Assembly: GCA_017303535.1 (NCBI GenBank)
Contig: JAFLCO010000002.1
Coordinates: 1 to 59,254 of the forward strand
DNA from: Planctomycetota bacterium
Lineage (GTDB): Bacteria; Planctomycetota; Planctomycetia; Pirellulales; PNKZ01
Direction of reading: 5' to 3'
Length of the DNA: 59,254 bases
Of the stretch, positions 44,708 through 53,540 are shown piece after piece. How positions within the stretch are numbered: position 1 is the first letter of the stretch; every line of letters begins with the position of its first letter. The position numbers were made by a program, and so were the translations under genes. Below the pieces are notes generated by a model. It had not been told where the DNA came from. It saw nothing but the letters and a program-made list of their open reading frames with translations, and did no database searches.

Positions 44708-46420
44708 CTAAAAATCGACTTGTACCCGGCTCACGAACAGGTTCGCCGCGCTGTCGCCGGTCGTCGTGTTGTCGAGCATGGCGTGGATCCAATTGAATTG
44801 CACCTTGGCGTGCACATTCCAGAACCACGTGAGCCCCAGCGTGACGTCTTGCAGCATGCCGTTGCCCTGGTTGCTGGTGCCGGTGAAAGTGTTCGTCGCG
44901 GGCACATAATAGTTGCCGTTGAGCGAGGCCGGGTTCCTTAGGTCGACGTACGAATAGCGGGCCGCCACTTCCCACGCGCCCCAGCCGCAGATGCCGTTCT
45001 TTAAGGAGAAGAATTCCGTGAACGGATTGATCTTCGTGAGCACGGCTTGCTTCTTATCGTACGAACGGTGCTCGCCCGTCAGGCGGTAGGCGAGCTGCCC
45101 ATAGGCGCCGTGATAGAGAATCGGGCCGACGGCGCTTTCGACGACCGTCGCCATGAACTCGGCTTGTGCGCCCCAAGGGCCGTGCTGCCAGACGGTTTCC
45201 AAGCCGAACAGGTTGAAGTAGTCGGCCAGGTATCGGCCCGAGTCGACGAACGAAGGCGTGCCGTTCGCGGCGCCGCCGGGTCCGAAGGTCGAAGGAAACT
45301 CCGGATAGCCGAGCGAACCGAACTCGGGATTCGTGCGAGCTTGATAAAACGGCCTAGGGCTGCCGGTGTTCCCTGGCGTGCCGCTGCCGATGGCGTCGTT
45401 CGCGCCGAGCAGGCCGAAGTTGTAACCGCCGCCGACGTGCCACAGGTAGCGATCGTCGGCCTGATCGTCGTATTGCAGCAGGTGCGTGGCCCGAGCCGAG
45501 AACGACACGCCGCCGACGTCGCCAATGTCGGTGGCGAAGCGATCATCGCCGATCGGCGCGTTCGAGAAACCGCCGGTGCGGAAGATCGAGTACGTCCACT
45601 GCGTCATCTCGTCTTCGGAGATGTTGGCCGACTGAACGCCGACGCGGCGGAACGGCACCATCGCCAAAAACGGCAACGACCGTTCGAGAAACGTCAGGTT
45701 GCGAAAGCCGGTCAGCGAGTCGACGCTGAACGGCTGACAGAACTGGCCGATCTTCACCGCGCCGAGCCGCGGCAAGTTGCTCTGCTCGACCCAGACGTCG
45801 AAGAAGCTCGGCCGGCCGGCCGTGGCGAAGTCGACTTCGATTTGATAGGCGGTGAACTCGCGCACCTTGCCGTTGACGGCCAGCCGAGCCCGACGAAAGC
45901 CGGTTCCGTTCTGCATGTCGCCGACCGTGGCGCGGTTGACGGGATCCTGATCGAAGAAGCCGGTGTCGAGCTGCGTGAAGCCGGTGATCTTGTGCGACGG
46001 GAATTCTTCGGCCGCTTTTTTCGCGGCGGCTTTCTTGTCGGCTTCGTCGCGCTTCTTGAGCTGCCCTTCGACGTCGGCGAGCCGGTTCTGCAAATCGGCA
46101 ATTGCCGGATCGCTCGACGGCGGGGCGACGAAGGCTTTCGTATCGGCGTAGCTGGTTTGCAGCCCGGCGAACGGCGGATGGTCCGGCGCGAAATACTCCG
46201 GCGGCGCGACCGTCGGCGAGGCAACCGCAGGTGCGGGCGTTTCAAAAGTCTGCGGATCGAAGAGCGGCGGTTGCTGCGTGAGGCCCGGCTCGGCGTGTGC
46301 CGTCGCCAGACAAAGAAGGAGAAGTATCAAACCTCGGCGGGAAGGCCGTCGGCGGATGACCGATCGTCCCGCGGTTGTCGCCATAGCGACAAGCGGGCAA
46401 ATCAGGCGACTCCGCAACAT
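44708..46420 (-). CDS. Outer-membrane porin, phosphate-selective porin O/P-like, with an N-terminal coiled coil
   Basis: A signal peptide is present. The coiled-coil segment is LQNRLADVEGQLKKRDEADKK. The barrel begins KITGFTQLDTGFF...GFRRARLAVNGKV. The C-terminal residue is Phe (RVQVDF). Confidence 0.8.
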   Translation of the reverse strand: MLRSRLICPLVAMATTAGRSVIRRRPSRRGLILLLLCLATAHAEPGLTQQPPLFDPQTFETPAPAVASPTVAPPEYFAPDHPPFAGLQTSYADTKAFVAPPSSDPAIADLQNRLADVEGQLKKRDEADKKAAAKKAAEEFPSHKITGFTQLDTGFFDQDPVNRATVGDMQNGTGFRRARLAVNGKVREFTAYQIEVDFATAGRPSFFDVWVEQSNLPRLGAVKIGQFCQPFSVDSLTGFRNLTFLERSLPFLAMVPFRRVGVQSANISEDEMTQWTYSIFRTGGFSNAPIGDDRFATDIGDVGGVSFSARATHLLQYDDQADDRYLWHVGGGYNFGLLGANDAIGSGTPGNTGSPRPFYQARTNPEFGSLGYPEFPSTFGPGGAANGTPSFVDSGRYLADYFNLFGLETVWQHGPWGAQAEFMATVVESAVGPILYHGAYGQLAYRLTGEHRSYDKKQAVLTKINPFTEFFSLKNGICGWGAWEVAARYSYVDLRNPASLNGNYYVPATNTFTGTSNQGNGMLQDVTLGLTWFWNVHAKVQFNWIHAMLDNTTTGDSAANLFVSRVQVDF

Positions 46421-46656
46421 GTGGGGCTCCGAGACGAAAATGAAGCTCAGTGGGTAAAGGTCGGCGCATGGCGACGCTTCGGTCGCCGGCGATATGACCT
46501 CTGGTTCATCGTCGAACGGACGCCCCTACAATCGGCATTTCCGGCAAAGTCACAGGGGGTAATGTGAATAAACTCCGCTGCTGGACATGCATATATACTT
46601 TTGTACACTTCTGCCATGTGCGGAATTGACCGGATGCAACTGCTAGGATCGCCGGC

Positions 46657-47931
46657 ATGACCCCCGACACCGACGCCGCAAACGCAAACGCCGCGGCCGC
46701 GAACATTGATAAGTTCGTGGCGGAGTTGTATGCCCGCGAATCGCGGCGTGTGTTCTCGTCGCTCGTGCGGTTACTGCGCGATTTCGACTTGGCCGAAGAA
46801 GCGCTCGGCGAGGCGTTCGCGGCGGCCGTCGACCAGTGGCGCAAGAGCGGGGTGCCGGACAATCCGCGGGCTTGGCTCGTCTCGACCGGCCGCTTCAAGG
46901 CCATCGATGCGCTGCGGCGGCGCGTGCACTCGCAGGATGTTCGCGAGCAGGTGGCGCAGCGAATCGCCGAGATCGAAAAGGTCAACGCCGTTCGGGCCTC
47001 GCGGGAAATCGAAGACGATCGGCTGCGGCTGGTGTTCACGTGTTGCCACCCCGCCCTCTCGACCGACGCTCAAGTGGCGATGACGCTCCGCGAGGTTTGC
47101 GGGCTCACGACCGAGCAGATCGCGGCCGCGTTTTTGACGTCGCCCACGACGATGGCCCAACGCATCGTGCGAGCCAAGACGAAGATTCGCGACGCAGGCA
47201 TTCCGTTCGTGGTGCCGGAGGCGCAGCAGTTTGCGGAGCGGCTGAGCTCGGGGCTGGCGGTGATTTACCTGGTGTTCAACGAAGGTTATTCCGCGTCGTC
47301 GGGCGATGAGCACACGCGGCCGGATCTCTCGGCGGAAGCGATTCGGCTGGGTCGGTTGGTCGCCGAGTTGTTGCCGGAGCCGGAGGTGCTGGGGCTCTTG
47401 GCCTTGATGCTGCTGCACGAATCGCGTCGAGCGGCCCGCACGACCGCCGAGGGGGATATCGTGCTGTTGGAAGATCAGGATCGCGGGCTTTGGAACCGGG
47501 AGCACATCGCAGAAGGGCGAGCACTGATCGAACGGTCGCTGGAGTCGCGGGCGTTCGGGCCTTACACGGTGCAGGCCGCGATCTCGGCCGTGCATGCCGA
47601 CGCCGCGACGCCGCACGAGACGGACTGGAGCCAGATCGTGGCGTTGTACGATGTGCTGCTTGGCGGCGGAACATCACCGGTCGTAGAGCTCAATCGCGCG
47701 GTGGCCGTGGCGATGCGCGACGGGCCGGCCGCCGGGCTGGAATTGATCGACGGCATCCTCCATCGCGGGGATTTGGCCAACTATCACTTGGCTCACGCCG
47801 CTAGGGCCGACATGTGCCGCAGACTCGGCCGAACTCGAGAAGCCACGGTGGCTTACGAGCAGGCTTTGTCGCTGGCCCAGCAAGAACCGGAACGCCGGTA
47901 TTTGCGGCGGCGGCTGGCGGAATTGGCCTAA
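46657..47931 (+). CDS. ECF sigma factor with a long C-terminal extension (ECF42-like)
   Basis: The region 2 segment is NPRAWLVSTGRFKAIDALRR. The region 4 segment is LTTEQIAAAFLTSPTTMAQRIVRAKTKIR. A C-terminal extension of about 200 aa follows (...YTVQAAISAVHA...NRAVAVAM...). The neighbouring DGPF/YCII genes match the known ECF42 context. Confidence 0.85.
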   Translation: MTPDTDAANANAAAANIDKFVAELYARESRRVFSSLVRLLRDFDLAEEALGEAFAAAVDQWRKSGVPDNPRAWLVSTGRFKAIDALRRRVHSQDVREQVAQRIAEIEKVNAVRASREIEDDRLRLVFTCCHPALSTDAQVAMTLREVCGLTTEQIAAAFLTSPTTMAQRIVRAKTKIRDAGIPFVVPEAQQFAERLSSGLAVIYLVFNEGYSASSGDEHTRPDLSAEAIRLGRLVAELLPEPEVLGLLALMLLHESRRAARTTAEGDIVLLEDQDRGLWNREHIAEGRALIERSLESRAFGPYTVQAAISAVHADAATPHETDWSQIVALYDVLLGGGTSPVVELNRAVAVAMRDGPAAGLELIDGILHRGDLANYHLAHAARADMCRRLGRTREATVAYEQALSLAQQEPERRYLRRRLAELA

Positions 47932-47972
47932 AACTTGCCGCCGCAGACGTTTTGCGAAGTTTTTGAGATCGA

Positions 47973-47999
47973 TGTCGATCGACTGCCTGCCCGCTCGAC
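47973..47999 (+). promoter_or_regulatory. Candidate ECF42-type promoter TGTCGA-N16-TCGAC
   Basis: It lies 67 nt upstream of the DUF1579 ATG. As I recall, TGTCGA is the conserved -35 element reported for ECF42 targets. The -10 assignment is tentative. Confidence 0.35.
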
Positions 48000-48065
48000 T
48001 AATGAATGTTGAAACCAAACGAAAGTCGAAACAAAGCCGTTAACGGGCAAATCGGAGCAAGCCTC

Positions 48066-48545
48066 ATGTTCAGCCAGCCGCAAGAAGAACACAAGATTCT
48101 CGATCAACTCGTCGGCGAATGGGTCATGGAGCAGGAATGCAAAATGGGCCCGGATCAGCCGCCGATGAAATCGGAATCGACCATTAGCACGCGGTCGCTC
48201 GGCGGGTTGTGGATCGTCAGCGAAATGGTCGGCCCCGGCCCCGACGGCACCGAGCATCGCAGCATTATGTCGGTCGGCTACGACCCCAAGCTCGGCAAGT
48301 ATCCGGGCACGTTCATCGCCTCGATGATGTCGCACATGTGGGTCTATAGCGGCACCCTCAGCGCCGATAAGAAGCGGCTCGTGCTGGCCGCCACCGGTCC
48401 GAAGTGGGACGGCGAAGGAAATGCCGAATACGAAGACATCATCGAATTCGTCGACAAGGACAACTGGAACTTCCTTTCGCAAATCAAAGGCGACGACGGG
48501 AAGTGGACGCAATTTATGACCAGCAAGGTGCGGCGGAAGAAATGA
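48066..48545 (+). CDS. DUF1579-family protein
   Basis: Start is the ATG at 48066 (MFSQPQEEHKILDQLVGEW). The layout, GLWIVSE...MSVGYDP....GTFIASMM...W.Y.G, is typical of DUF1579. Confidence 0.75.
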   Translation: MFSQPQEEHKILDQLVGEWVMEQECKMGPDQPPMKSESTISTRSLGGLWIVSEMVGPGPDGTEHRSIMSVGYDPKLGKYPGTFIASMMSHMWVYSGTLSADKKRLVLAATGPKWDGEGNAEYEDIIEFVDKDNWNFLSQIKGDDGKWTQFMTSKVRRKK

Positions 48546-48550
48546 CGAAA

Positions 48551-48571
48551 CCTTCTCCCTCCGGGAGAAGG
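48551..48571. repeat. Hairpin CCTTCTCCC-TCC-GGGAGAAGG between the DUF1579 and YCII genes
   Basis: A perfect 9-bp stem with the same arm sequence as 44417..44440. Confidence 0.7.
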
Positions 48572-48605
48572 GATTTACGCAGCCCTCAATCAAGGAAACA
48601 CGACC

Positions 48606-48992
48606 ATGAAATACATGCTCCTCGTTTACTCGACCGAAGATGCCTATGCTCCCGACGAGCGGGCCGAATGCATCGCGGAGTCGATTGAACTGTGCCACGA
48701 ACTTGCGGCTCAGGGCAAATATCTGGCCGCGTCGCCGTTGCATCCGGTGTCGACCGCGACGAGCGTGAAGATTCGCAGCGGCAAGCCGCTGGTGACCGAC
48801 GGACCGTTTGCAGAAACCACGGAAGCGCTCGGCGGCTACTTTTTGATCGACGTCGCCGACTTGGACGAGGCGTTGGCCGTGGCGAAGCGCATCCCCGGCG
48901 CACGGAAGGGAACCGTTGAAGTGCGTCCCGTCGTCGAACTCACAGGACTTCCGCAACCGCCTGCGCAAGCGACGACTTCGGCCGCCGATTAG
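48606..48992 (+). CDS. YCII-related (DGPF) domain protein
   Basis: MKYMLLVY... at the N-terminus, then TDGPFAETTEALGGYFLIDV, then the tail GTVEVRPV. Confidence 0.85.
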   Translation: MKYMLLVYSTEDAYAPDERAECIAESIELCHELAAQGKYLAASPLHPVSTATSVKIRSGKPLVTDGPFAETTEALGGYFLIDVADLDEALAVAKRIPGARKGTVEVRPVVELTGLPQPPAQATTSAAD

Positions 48993-49051
48993 TCAGTCGC
49001 CCAACAGCTCAGTGGCCTGACGTAGATAGTCAACTTGGAGAGGTCCGCAGC

Positions 49052-49930
49052 ATGAAGGTCATGGTCATCGTCAAAGCGAGCACGGCTTCCGAAGCCGGCG
49101 AGATGCCGAGCGAGCAGTTGCTCCGCGAGATGGGGGCTTATAACGAGGAACTGGTCAAGGCCGGCATCATGCTCGCCGGCGACGGGCTGCATCCGAGCAG
49201 CAAGGGTGCGAGGGTCGCCTTTAACGGCAAAGAGCGTACCGTGATCGACGGCCCTTTCGCCGAAACCAAGGAACTCATCGCGGGCTACTGGATCTGGCAG
49301 GTGAAGTCGCTGCAGGAGGCGATCGACTGGCTTAAGCGCTGCCCGAACCCGCATGAAGAGCCATGCGAAGTGGAGATTCGCCCGATCTTTACGGCCGACG
49401 ATTTCGGCGCGGAGTTCACGCCGGAGCTGCGCGAGCAGGAGGCAAGCATCCGCGCTCAGTCGCTGGGGCTCGGCGCGCTACGTTTTGAAGAGCAGCCGGC
49501 GCGAACCCTTGCCGGCGTGCAAAAGCGTTACTCACGGGCCACGGCCGAGAAAGAGATCCCCGGACAGTGGGCACAGTTTATGACTCAAGAAGACGGTGTA
49601 CCGGGCCGAGTCGGCAAAATCAGCTATGGCGTTTCGCTCGAGCAGGATCAGGACTGCAACTTCACCTACATGACCGCGGTCGAAGTGAAGCCGGAGACTG
49701 CGCCGCCGGCAGGCCTGCGGATGTTGTCTCTCCCGCCGAGCCGCTACGCCGTGCTTACGATCGCCGGCGACGTCACGACGCTGCCGCCGACGCTCGAAAA
49801 GATTTGCACGCAATGGATGCCGGATTGCGGGTTGAAGCTCGCGCACGCTCCCTGGATCGAGCGCTACGCCGAAGATTTTACGATGGAGTCGAAAGGAAAA
49901 GTTGAAGTCTGGCTTCCTTTAGACGCTTAA
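49052..49930 (+). CDS. YCII-related (DGPF) domain fused to a GyrI-like small-molecule-binding domain
   Basis: The N-terminal half reads MKVMVIVKA...IDGPFAETKELIAGYWIWQV...EVEIRPIF. The C-terminal half (RFEEQPARTLAGVQKRY...YAVLTIAGD...PWIERY) resembles the GyrI-like/AraC effector-binding fold. A GGAGAGG Shine-Dalgarno sequence lies upstream. Confidence 0.8.
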   Translation: MKVMVIVKASTASEAGEMPSEQLLREMGAYNEELVKAGIMLAGDGLHPSSKGARVAFNGKERTVIDGPFAETKELIAGYWIWQVKSLQEAIDWLKRCPNPHEEPCEVEIRPIFTADDFGAEFTPELREQEASIRAQSLGLGALRFEEQPARTLAGVQKRYSRATAEKEIPGQWAQFMTQEDGVPGRVGKISYGVSLEQDQDCNFTYMTAVEVKPETAPPAGLRMLSLPPSRYAVLTIAGDVTTLPPTLEKICTQWMPDCGLKLAHAPWIERYAEDFTMESKGKVEVWLPLDA

Positions 49931-50012
49931 ATCTCGCGCCGCGGCCGCGGCTCTACGGTTTGATCAACCTTTCATTTCCCAGCTCAAGCATTCTTGTTAT
50001 CGGAAGCCAACG

Positions 50013-50426
50013 ATGCCGCGCAAGATTTTCGTCAACCTGCCAATACGCGACCTGAAGAAATCAATGGAGTTCTTCGGCAAGCTCGGGTTCAAATTCAATC
50101 CGCAATTCACGGACGAGACGGCCACGAGCATGATCATCAGCGACGACATTTACGTGATGTTGCTCACTCACGAGAAGTTCCGCACGTTCATCGCGAACAA
50201 AGAAATCGCGGATTCAACCAAAACGACGGAAGCGCTCATTGCCCTAAGCTTCGATAGCCGGGAAGAAGTCGACAAGCTGGTCGATGCGGCGATCGCGGCC
50301 GGCGGCAAACCGTTTCGTGAACCGGCGGACCACGGTTTCATGTACGAGCGCAGCTTCGAAGACCTCGATGGGCACGTCTGGGAGCCGTTTTGGATGGACT
50401 CGAGCTTCGTGCAGCCGCAGGCCTAA
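50013..50426 (+). CDS. VOC (glyoxalase/bleomycin-resistance) family protein
   Basis: IFVNLPIRDLKKSMEFFGKLGFKF, then the C-terminal FEDLDGHVWEPFWMD. Length is 137 aa. Confidence 0.8.
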   Translation: MPRKIFVNLPIRDLKKSMEFFGKLGFKFNPQFTDETATSMIISDDIYVMLLTHEKFRTFIANKEIADSTKTTEALIALSFDSREEVDKLVDAAIAAGGKPFREPADHGFMYERSFEDLDGHVWEPFWMDSSFVQPQA

Positions 50427-50726
50427 CGGCTCTATAAACCGAATGCATGGGCGATGAGGAGTGCCGTCGCCGCGATCATACAAGGGATCGACCGATCGCA
50501 AAGCAAGCTGTTTCCGAAGCGGCGGGCGGCAAAATCGGCGAGCATAGCGGTGAACTCGGAGCGAAGGAGATTTGTGAACGGATGCGTCTATACGTCCTGA
50601 GCGCGGACCACGAGCGATTGTTACACCGACGCTGCCCTTAACCCGTCCGGCCACTTTCGCCGGGCATTCCGCGGGGTTACGATTTGCGGAACTTTCCCGC
50701 CCCGTCGTCACTCCCGGAGTTCCCCC

Positions 50727-51668
50727 ATGTCGCTGCGTTTTTCGGTTCCCGCCTGTTTGGCATTGCTACTCTGCACCACGGCGGCCTTTGCACAAGCACC
50801 AGCCGCCGGCAACGGCAACTTTAAGGCAGGCGACCCGCTGGGCGCTGTCAATGAGGCCGGCAAGTTCGTCCCGATCTCGTCCAACGTCAAGGTGTTCGGC
50901 AGCTTTCGTTTTGCCGAAAGCGTCACCTACGACGCCGAGCGGAATCTGATCGTCGTCATGAACGCCGGCGTCACCGAAGACATTCAAAAGAACGACGGCT
51001 TCGTCTCGCTCCTCAATCCCGACGGCACGGTTCACACCACGAAATGGATCGGTGCCACGCGCGACGGCCTAACGCTCAACCATCCGCTAGGCAGCTGCAT
51101 TCAAAACGGCGTGCTCTACACGGCCGACATCGATCACGTGCGGACGTTCGACATGAAAACCGGCCAACCGGGCCGGGCCTATCCCGTGGAAGGGGCCACG
51201 TTTCTCAACGGCATCGGCGTCGCGAAAGACGGTACGATGTACGTCTCCAACACGCGGCCGCCGGAACGCATTTTCAAGATCACACCGAGCGGCGAAGCGA
51301 CGGTGTTCGTCGAAGGGGCCCCGCTTAAGCTGCCCAACGGCGTGGCGATCGACAACGACGGCAACATCGTCTCCGTGAACGTCGGCGACAACGCGGTGCT
51401 GACCTTTAGCCCTGACGGCAAGCTTGTGAAAACCGAGCACGCCGCGGAAGGGGGCAACGACGGCATCGTCATCCTGGCCGACGGTACCAAATACGTCAGC
51501 AGCGTGAAGTTCGGCAGCGTGTCGAAAATCGCTCCCGGCCAAAAGGCGGAAGTCATCGCCTCGGGTATCCCGAGCGCCGCTTCGATGGGCTACGACTCGA
51601 AGCAACACCAGCTTTTGATTCCGATGAACCCGCACAACGCCGTGGCGTTCATCAAGCTCGAAAAGTAG
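50727..51668 (+). CDS. Exported SMP-30/gluconolactonase/NHL-like beta-propeller protein
   Basis: A signal peptide is present. Propeller blade patterns repeat: NGIGVAKDGTMYVSN, PNGVAIDNDGNIVSVN and NDGIVILADGTKYVSS. Confidence 0.75.
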   Translation: MSLRFSVPACLALLLCTTAAFAQAPAAGNGNFKAGDPLGAVNEAGKFVPISSNVKVFGSFRFAESVTYDAERNLIVVMNAGVTEDIQKNDGFVSLLNPDGTVHTTKWIGATRDGLTLNHPLGSCIQNGVLYTADIDHVRTFDMKTGQPGRAYPVEGATFLNGIGVAKDGTMYVSNTRPPERIFKITPSGEATVFVEGAPLKLPNGVAIDNDGNIVSVNVGDNAVLTFSPDGKLVKTEHAAEGGNDGIVILADGTKYVSSVKFGSVSKIAPGQKAEVIASGIPSAASMGYDSKQHQLLIPMNPHNAVAFIKLEK

Positions 51669-51695
51669 TCCCTCTTCGAAGCAACACCAAACGAG

Positions 51696-51737
51696 AAACG
51701 CCGCGGAGTTCACTTACGGACTCCGCGGCGTTTTCCT
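51696..51737. terminator. Bidirectional Rho-independent-type terminator between convergent genes
   Basis: AAACGCCGCGGAGT-(10-nt loop)-ACTCCGCGGCGTTT, a 14-bp stem flanked by an A-run on one side and a T-run on the other. Confidence 0.75.
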
Positions 51738-51746
51738 TCTCGTTTC

Positions 51747-53309
51747 CTACTTGTTCGCGGCCTTTCGCTTCTTCGCTTTTGCTTTCGGCTTAGTGCCGGC
51801 TTCTCCATCTTCGCCGACCTTCTCGCGTTTTCCGGCCCGGCGAGCCGCCGCTTCGCTTTCGACTTGGGCCATGTACGCCTCGCGCAGCCCGGCGTCGCCG
51901 CGGCCTTGGAACACTTTCAGCATCGGATCGTTGGTGCGTTTCATCCAATCTTCCAGCGCCGAAGTAAGCTTCTTGTAGGCGGCGGCGTGTTGCGAATCGT
52001 TCGCGAGATTGTTGCGAGCGTCCGGATCTGTTGCGTAGTTGTAAAGCTCTTCCGGCACACGATGTTCGAAGAGGTCAAGCCGCGCCGCAATCTCCTTATT
52101 CTGCGGCGCGAGAGCTTTCATCCGGCGATAAGTGATCGTCCCTTTCGTGGCCGTCGACATGACGCGCCGGCCGTTCGACCAAGGGTTGAAGATGTACCCG
52201 TAGTCGCGCGTGACGACGGCCCGCATCGGATGTCGAAAGCCGCCGGCATTTTCGTTGTACTCGGTCACGATCATGTCGCGGCCGTCTTGCGTTTCGCCCT
52301 TTAGCAGCGGCGCGAAGCTGCGACCGTCGATCCCCTCGGGCGAAGCGATACCGAGCAGTTCGAGCAACGTCGGCATCAAGTCGACCGCTGACACCAGATG
52401 TTTGTCGTCGATGGCGCCGGCTTTCGTTATGCCCGGCCAGCGCACGCAGAGCGGCGTGTGCGTGCTGTGGTAATACAGTTGCGTTTTGGCAAACGGCAGC
52501 GGCATGCCGTGATCGCTCAGAAACACGACGACTGTCCGCTCCTTAAGGCCGGCGTCGTCGAGCGCCTTCAGCACCTGCCCGACGCAGTCGTCGCCGCGAC
52601 GGACGGACGAATAGTACTGAGCCAGTTCCTCGCGCACTTCCGGATCGTCAAACAGAAAGCCCGGCACCGGCACTTCCGCCGCCGTGAACACGCGGCTCGG
52701 CTGATGAGGGTCAGGCCTCTTCCCTTCGTTGAAGAACGGCTTGTGCGGGTCCGAGACGTTGACGTTCAAGTAAAACGGCTTGCCGGCCTTTCTTGCCGCG
52801 TCGATTCCTTGCTTGGTCGAGGCGTAGTACGACGGCGCATCCTTAACGTGCGGCGCCTTGCCGTCGGGCGTGAAGTCGAGCACGCCGCTCCAAGCCGGAT
52901 AACGCGTGTAAGGCGTGCTGTGCGAAGTCTTGCCGCGGATCGCCGTGTAGTAACCTGCGTCTTTCAAGTAGTCGATCAGCACGCGATATCCGGGCTCGCG
53001 CACCATGTAGAAACCTTCCACATGGTTGTTGTGCGGGTACCGGCCGGAGAACATCACGTTGCGCGACGGCATACAGTTGCCGACCTGCACGTGCGCATGT
53101 GCGAAGCGGAGGCTTTCGGCCGCCAGCCGATCGATGTTGGGCGTGGTGTCCGGTAGTTTGCAGCCGAACGCGCCGACCGAGTCGCAGCTCATGTCGTCGA
53201 CCGTGATGACCAGCAGGTTGAGCGGTTCCGCTCCGTGCGACGGTGACGATATGCCGCCGAGCGCGGCCAAAGAACCGAAGACGAGCGACGCGATGAGCAG
53301 GCAACGCAT
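51747..53309 (-). CDS. Exported sulfatase (formylglycine-dependent)
   Basis: A signal peptide is present. The C-x-P-x-R motif is in VGNCMPSRNVMFSGRY. LSDHGMP is present, and the C-terminal tail is Lys-rich. Confidence 0.9.
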   Translation of the reverse strand: MRCLLIASLVFGSLAALGGISSPSHGAEPLNLLVITVDDMSCDSVGAFGCKLPDTTPNIDRLAAESLRFAHAHVQVGNCMPSRNVMFSGRYPHNNHVEGFYMVREPGYRVLIDYLKDAGYYTAIRGKTSHSTPYTRYPAWSGVLDFTPDGKAPHVKDAPSYYASTKQGIDAARKAGKPFYLNVNVSDPHKPFFNEGKRPDPHQPSRVFTAAEVPVPGFLFDDPEVREELAQYYSSVRRGDDCVGQVLKALDDAGLKERTVVVFLSDHGMPLPFAKTQLYYHSTHTPLCVRWPGITKAGAIDDKHLVSAVDLMPTLLELLGIASPEGIDGRSFAPLLKGETQDGRDMIVTEYNENAGGFRHPMRAVVTRDYGYIFNPWSNGRRVMSTATKGTITYRRMKALAPQNKEIAARLDLFEHRVPEELYNYATDPDARNNLANDSQHAAAYKKLTSALEDWMKRTNDPMLKVFQGRGDAGLREAYMAQVESEAAARRAGKREKVGEDGEAGTKPKAKAKKRKAANK

Positions 53310-53540
53310 AAGCGGGGTCTTTCGCGAAGTGAGTAGAACGTCCGGCTCGGTAACGACGCGCAGCCGCGGCCTTTTTATTCAGGTCGGTCGATGTTTCTTT
53401 CTGAATTCACGGCCCGCCCCGTAACCGAAAGAGCACTGGCGCCGCCCTAGTGAAAACCGGGCATCGCTAGGCTATCTTAAAGGTCTCTCCGGCGCATTCT
53501 TCCCGCCGTCCGTAACCTCACGCCCCGCGGTCTTACGCTT

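Noticed and set aside
44355-44711. 118-aa plus-strand ORF in the oxyR-porin spacer
   Set aside because: It is made entirely of the hairpin and palindrome repeats, has an implausible composition and no RBS context. I treat the region as non-coding structured DNA or RNA instead.
45047-46567. Plus-strand 506-aa ORF
   Set aside because: It lies antisense to the porin gene, which has a signal peptide, beta-strand periodicity and a C-terminal Phe. The shadow product is Arg/Glu/Ala-rich with no features.
47928-48968. Minus-strand 346-aa ORF spanning the DUF1579 and YCII genes
   Set aside because: It crosses two well-supported plus-strand genes and their intergenic hairpin, and it has no motifs.
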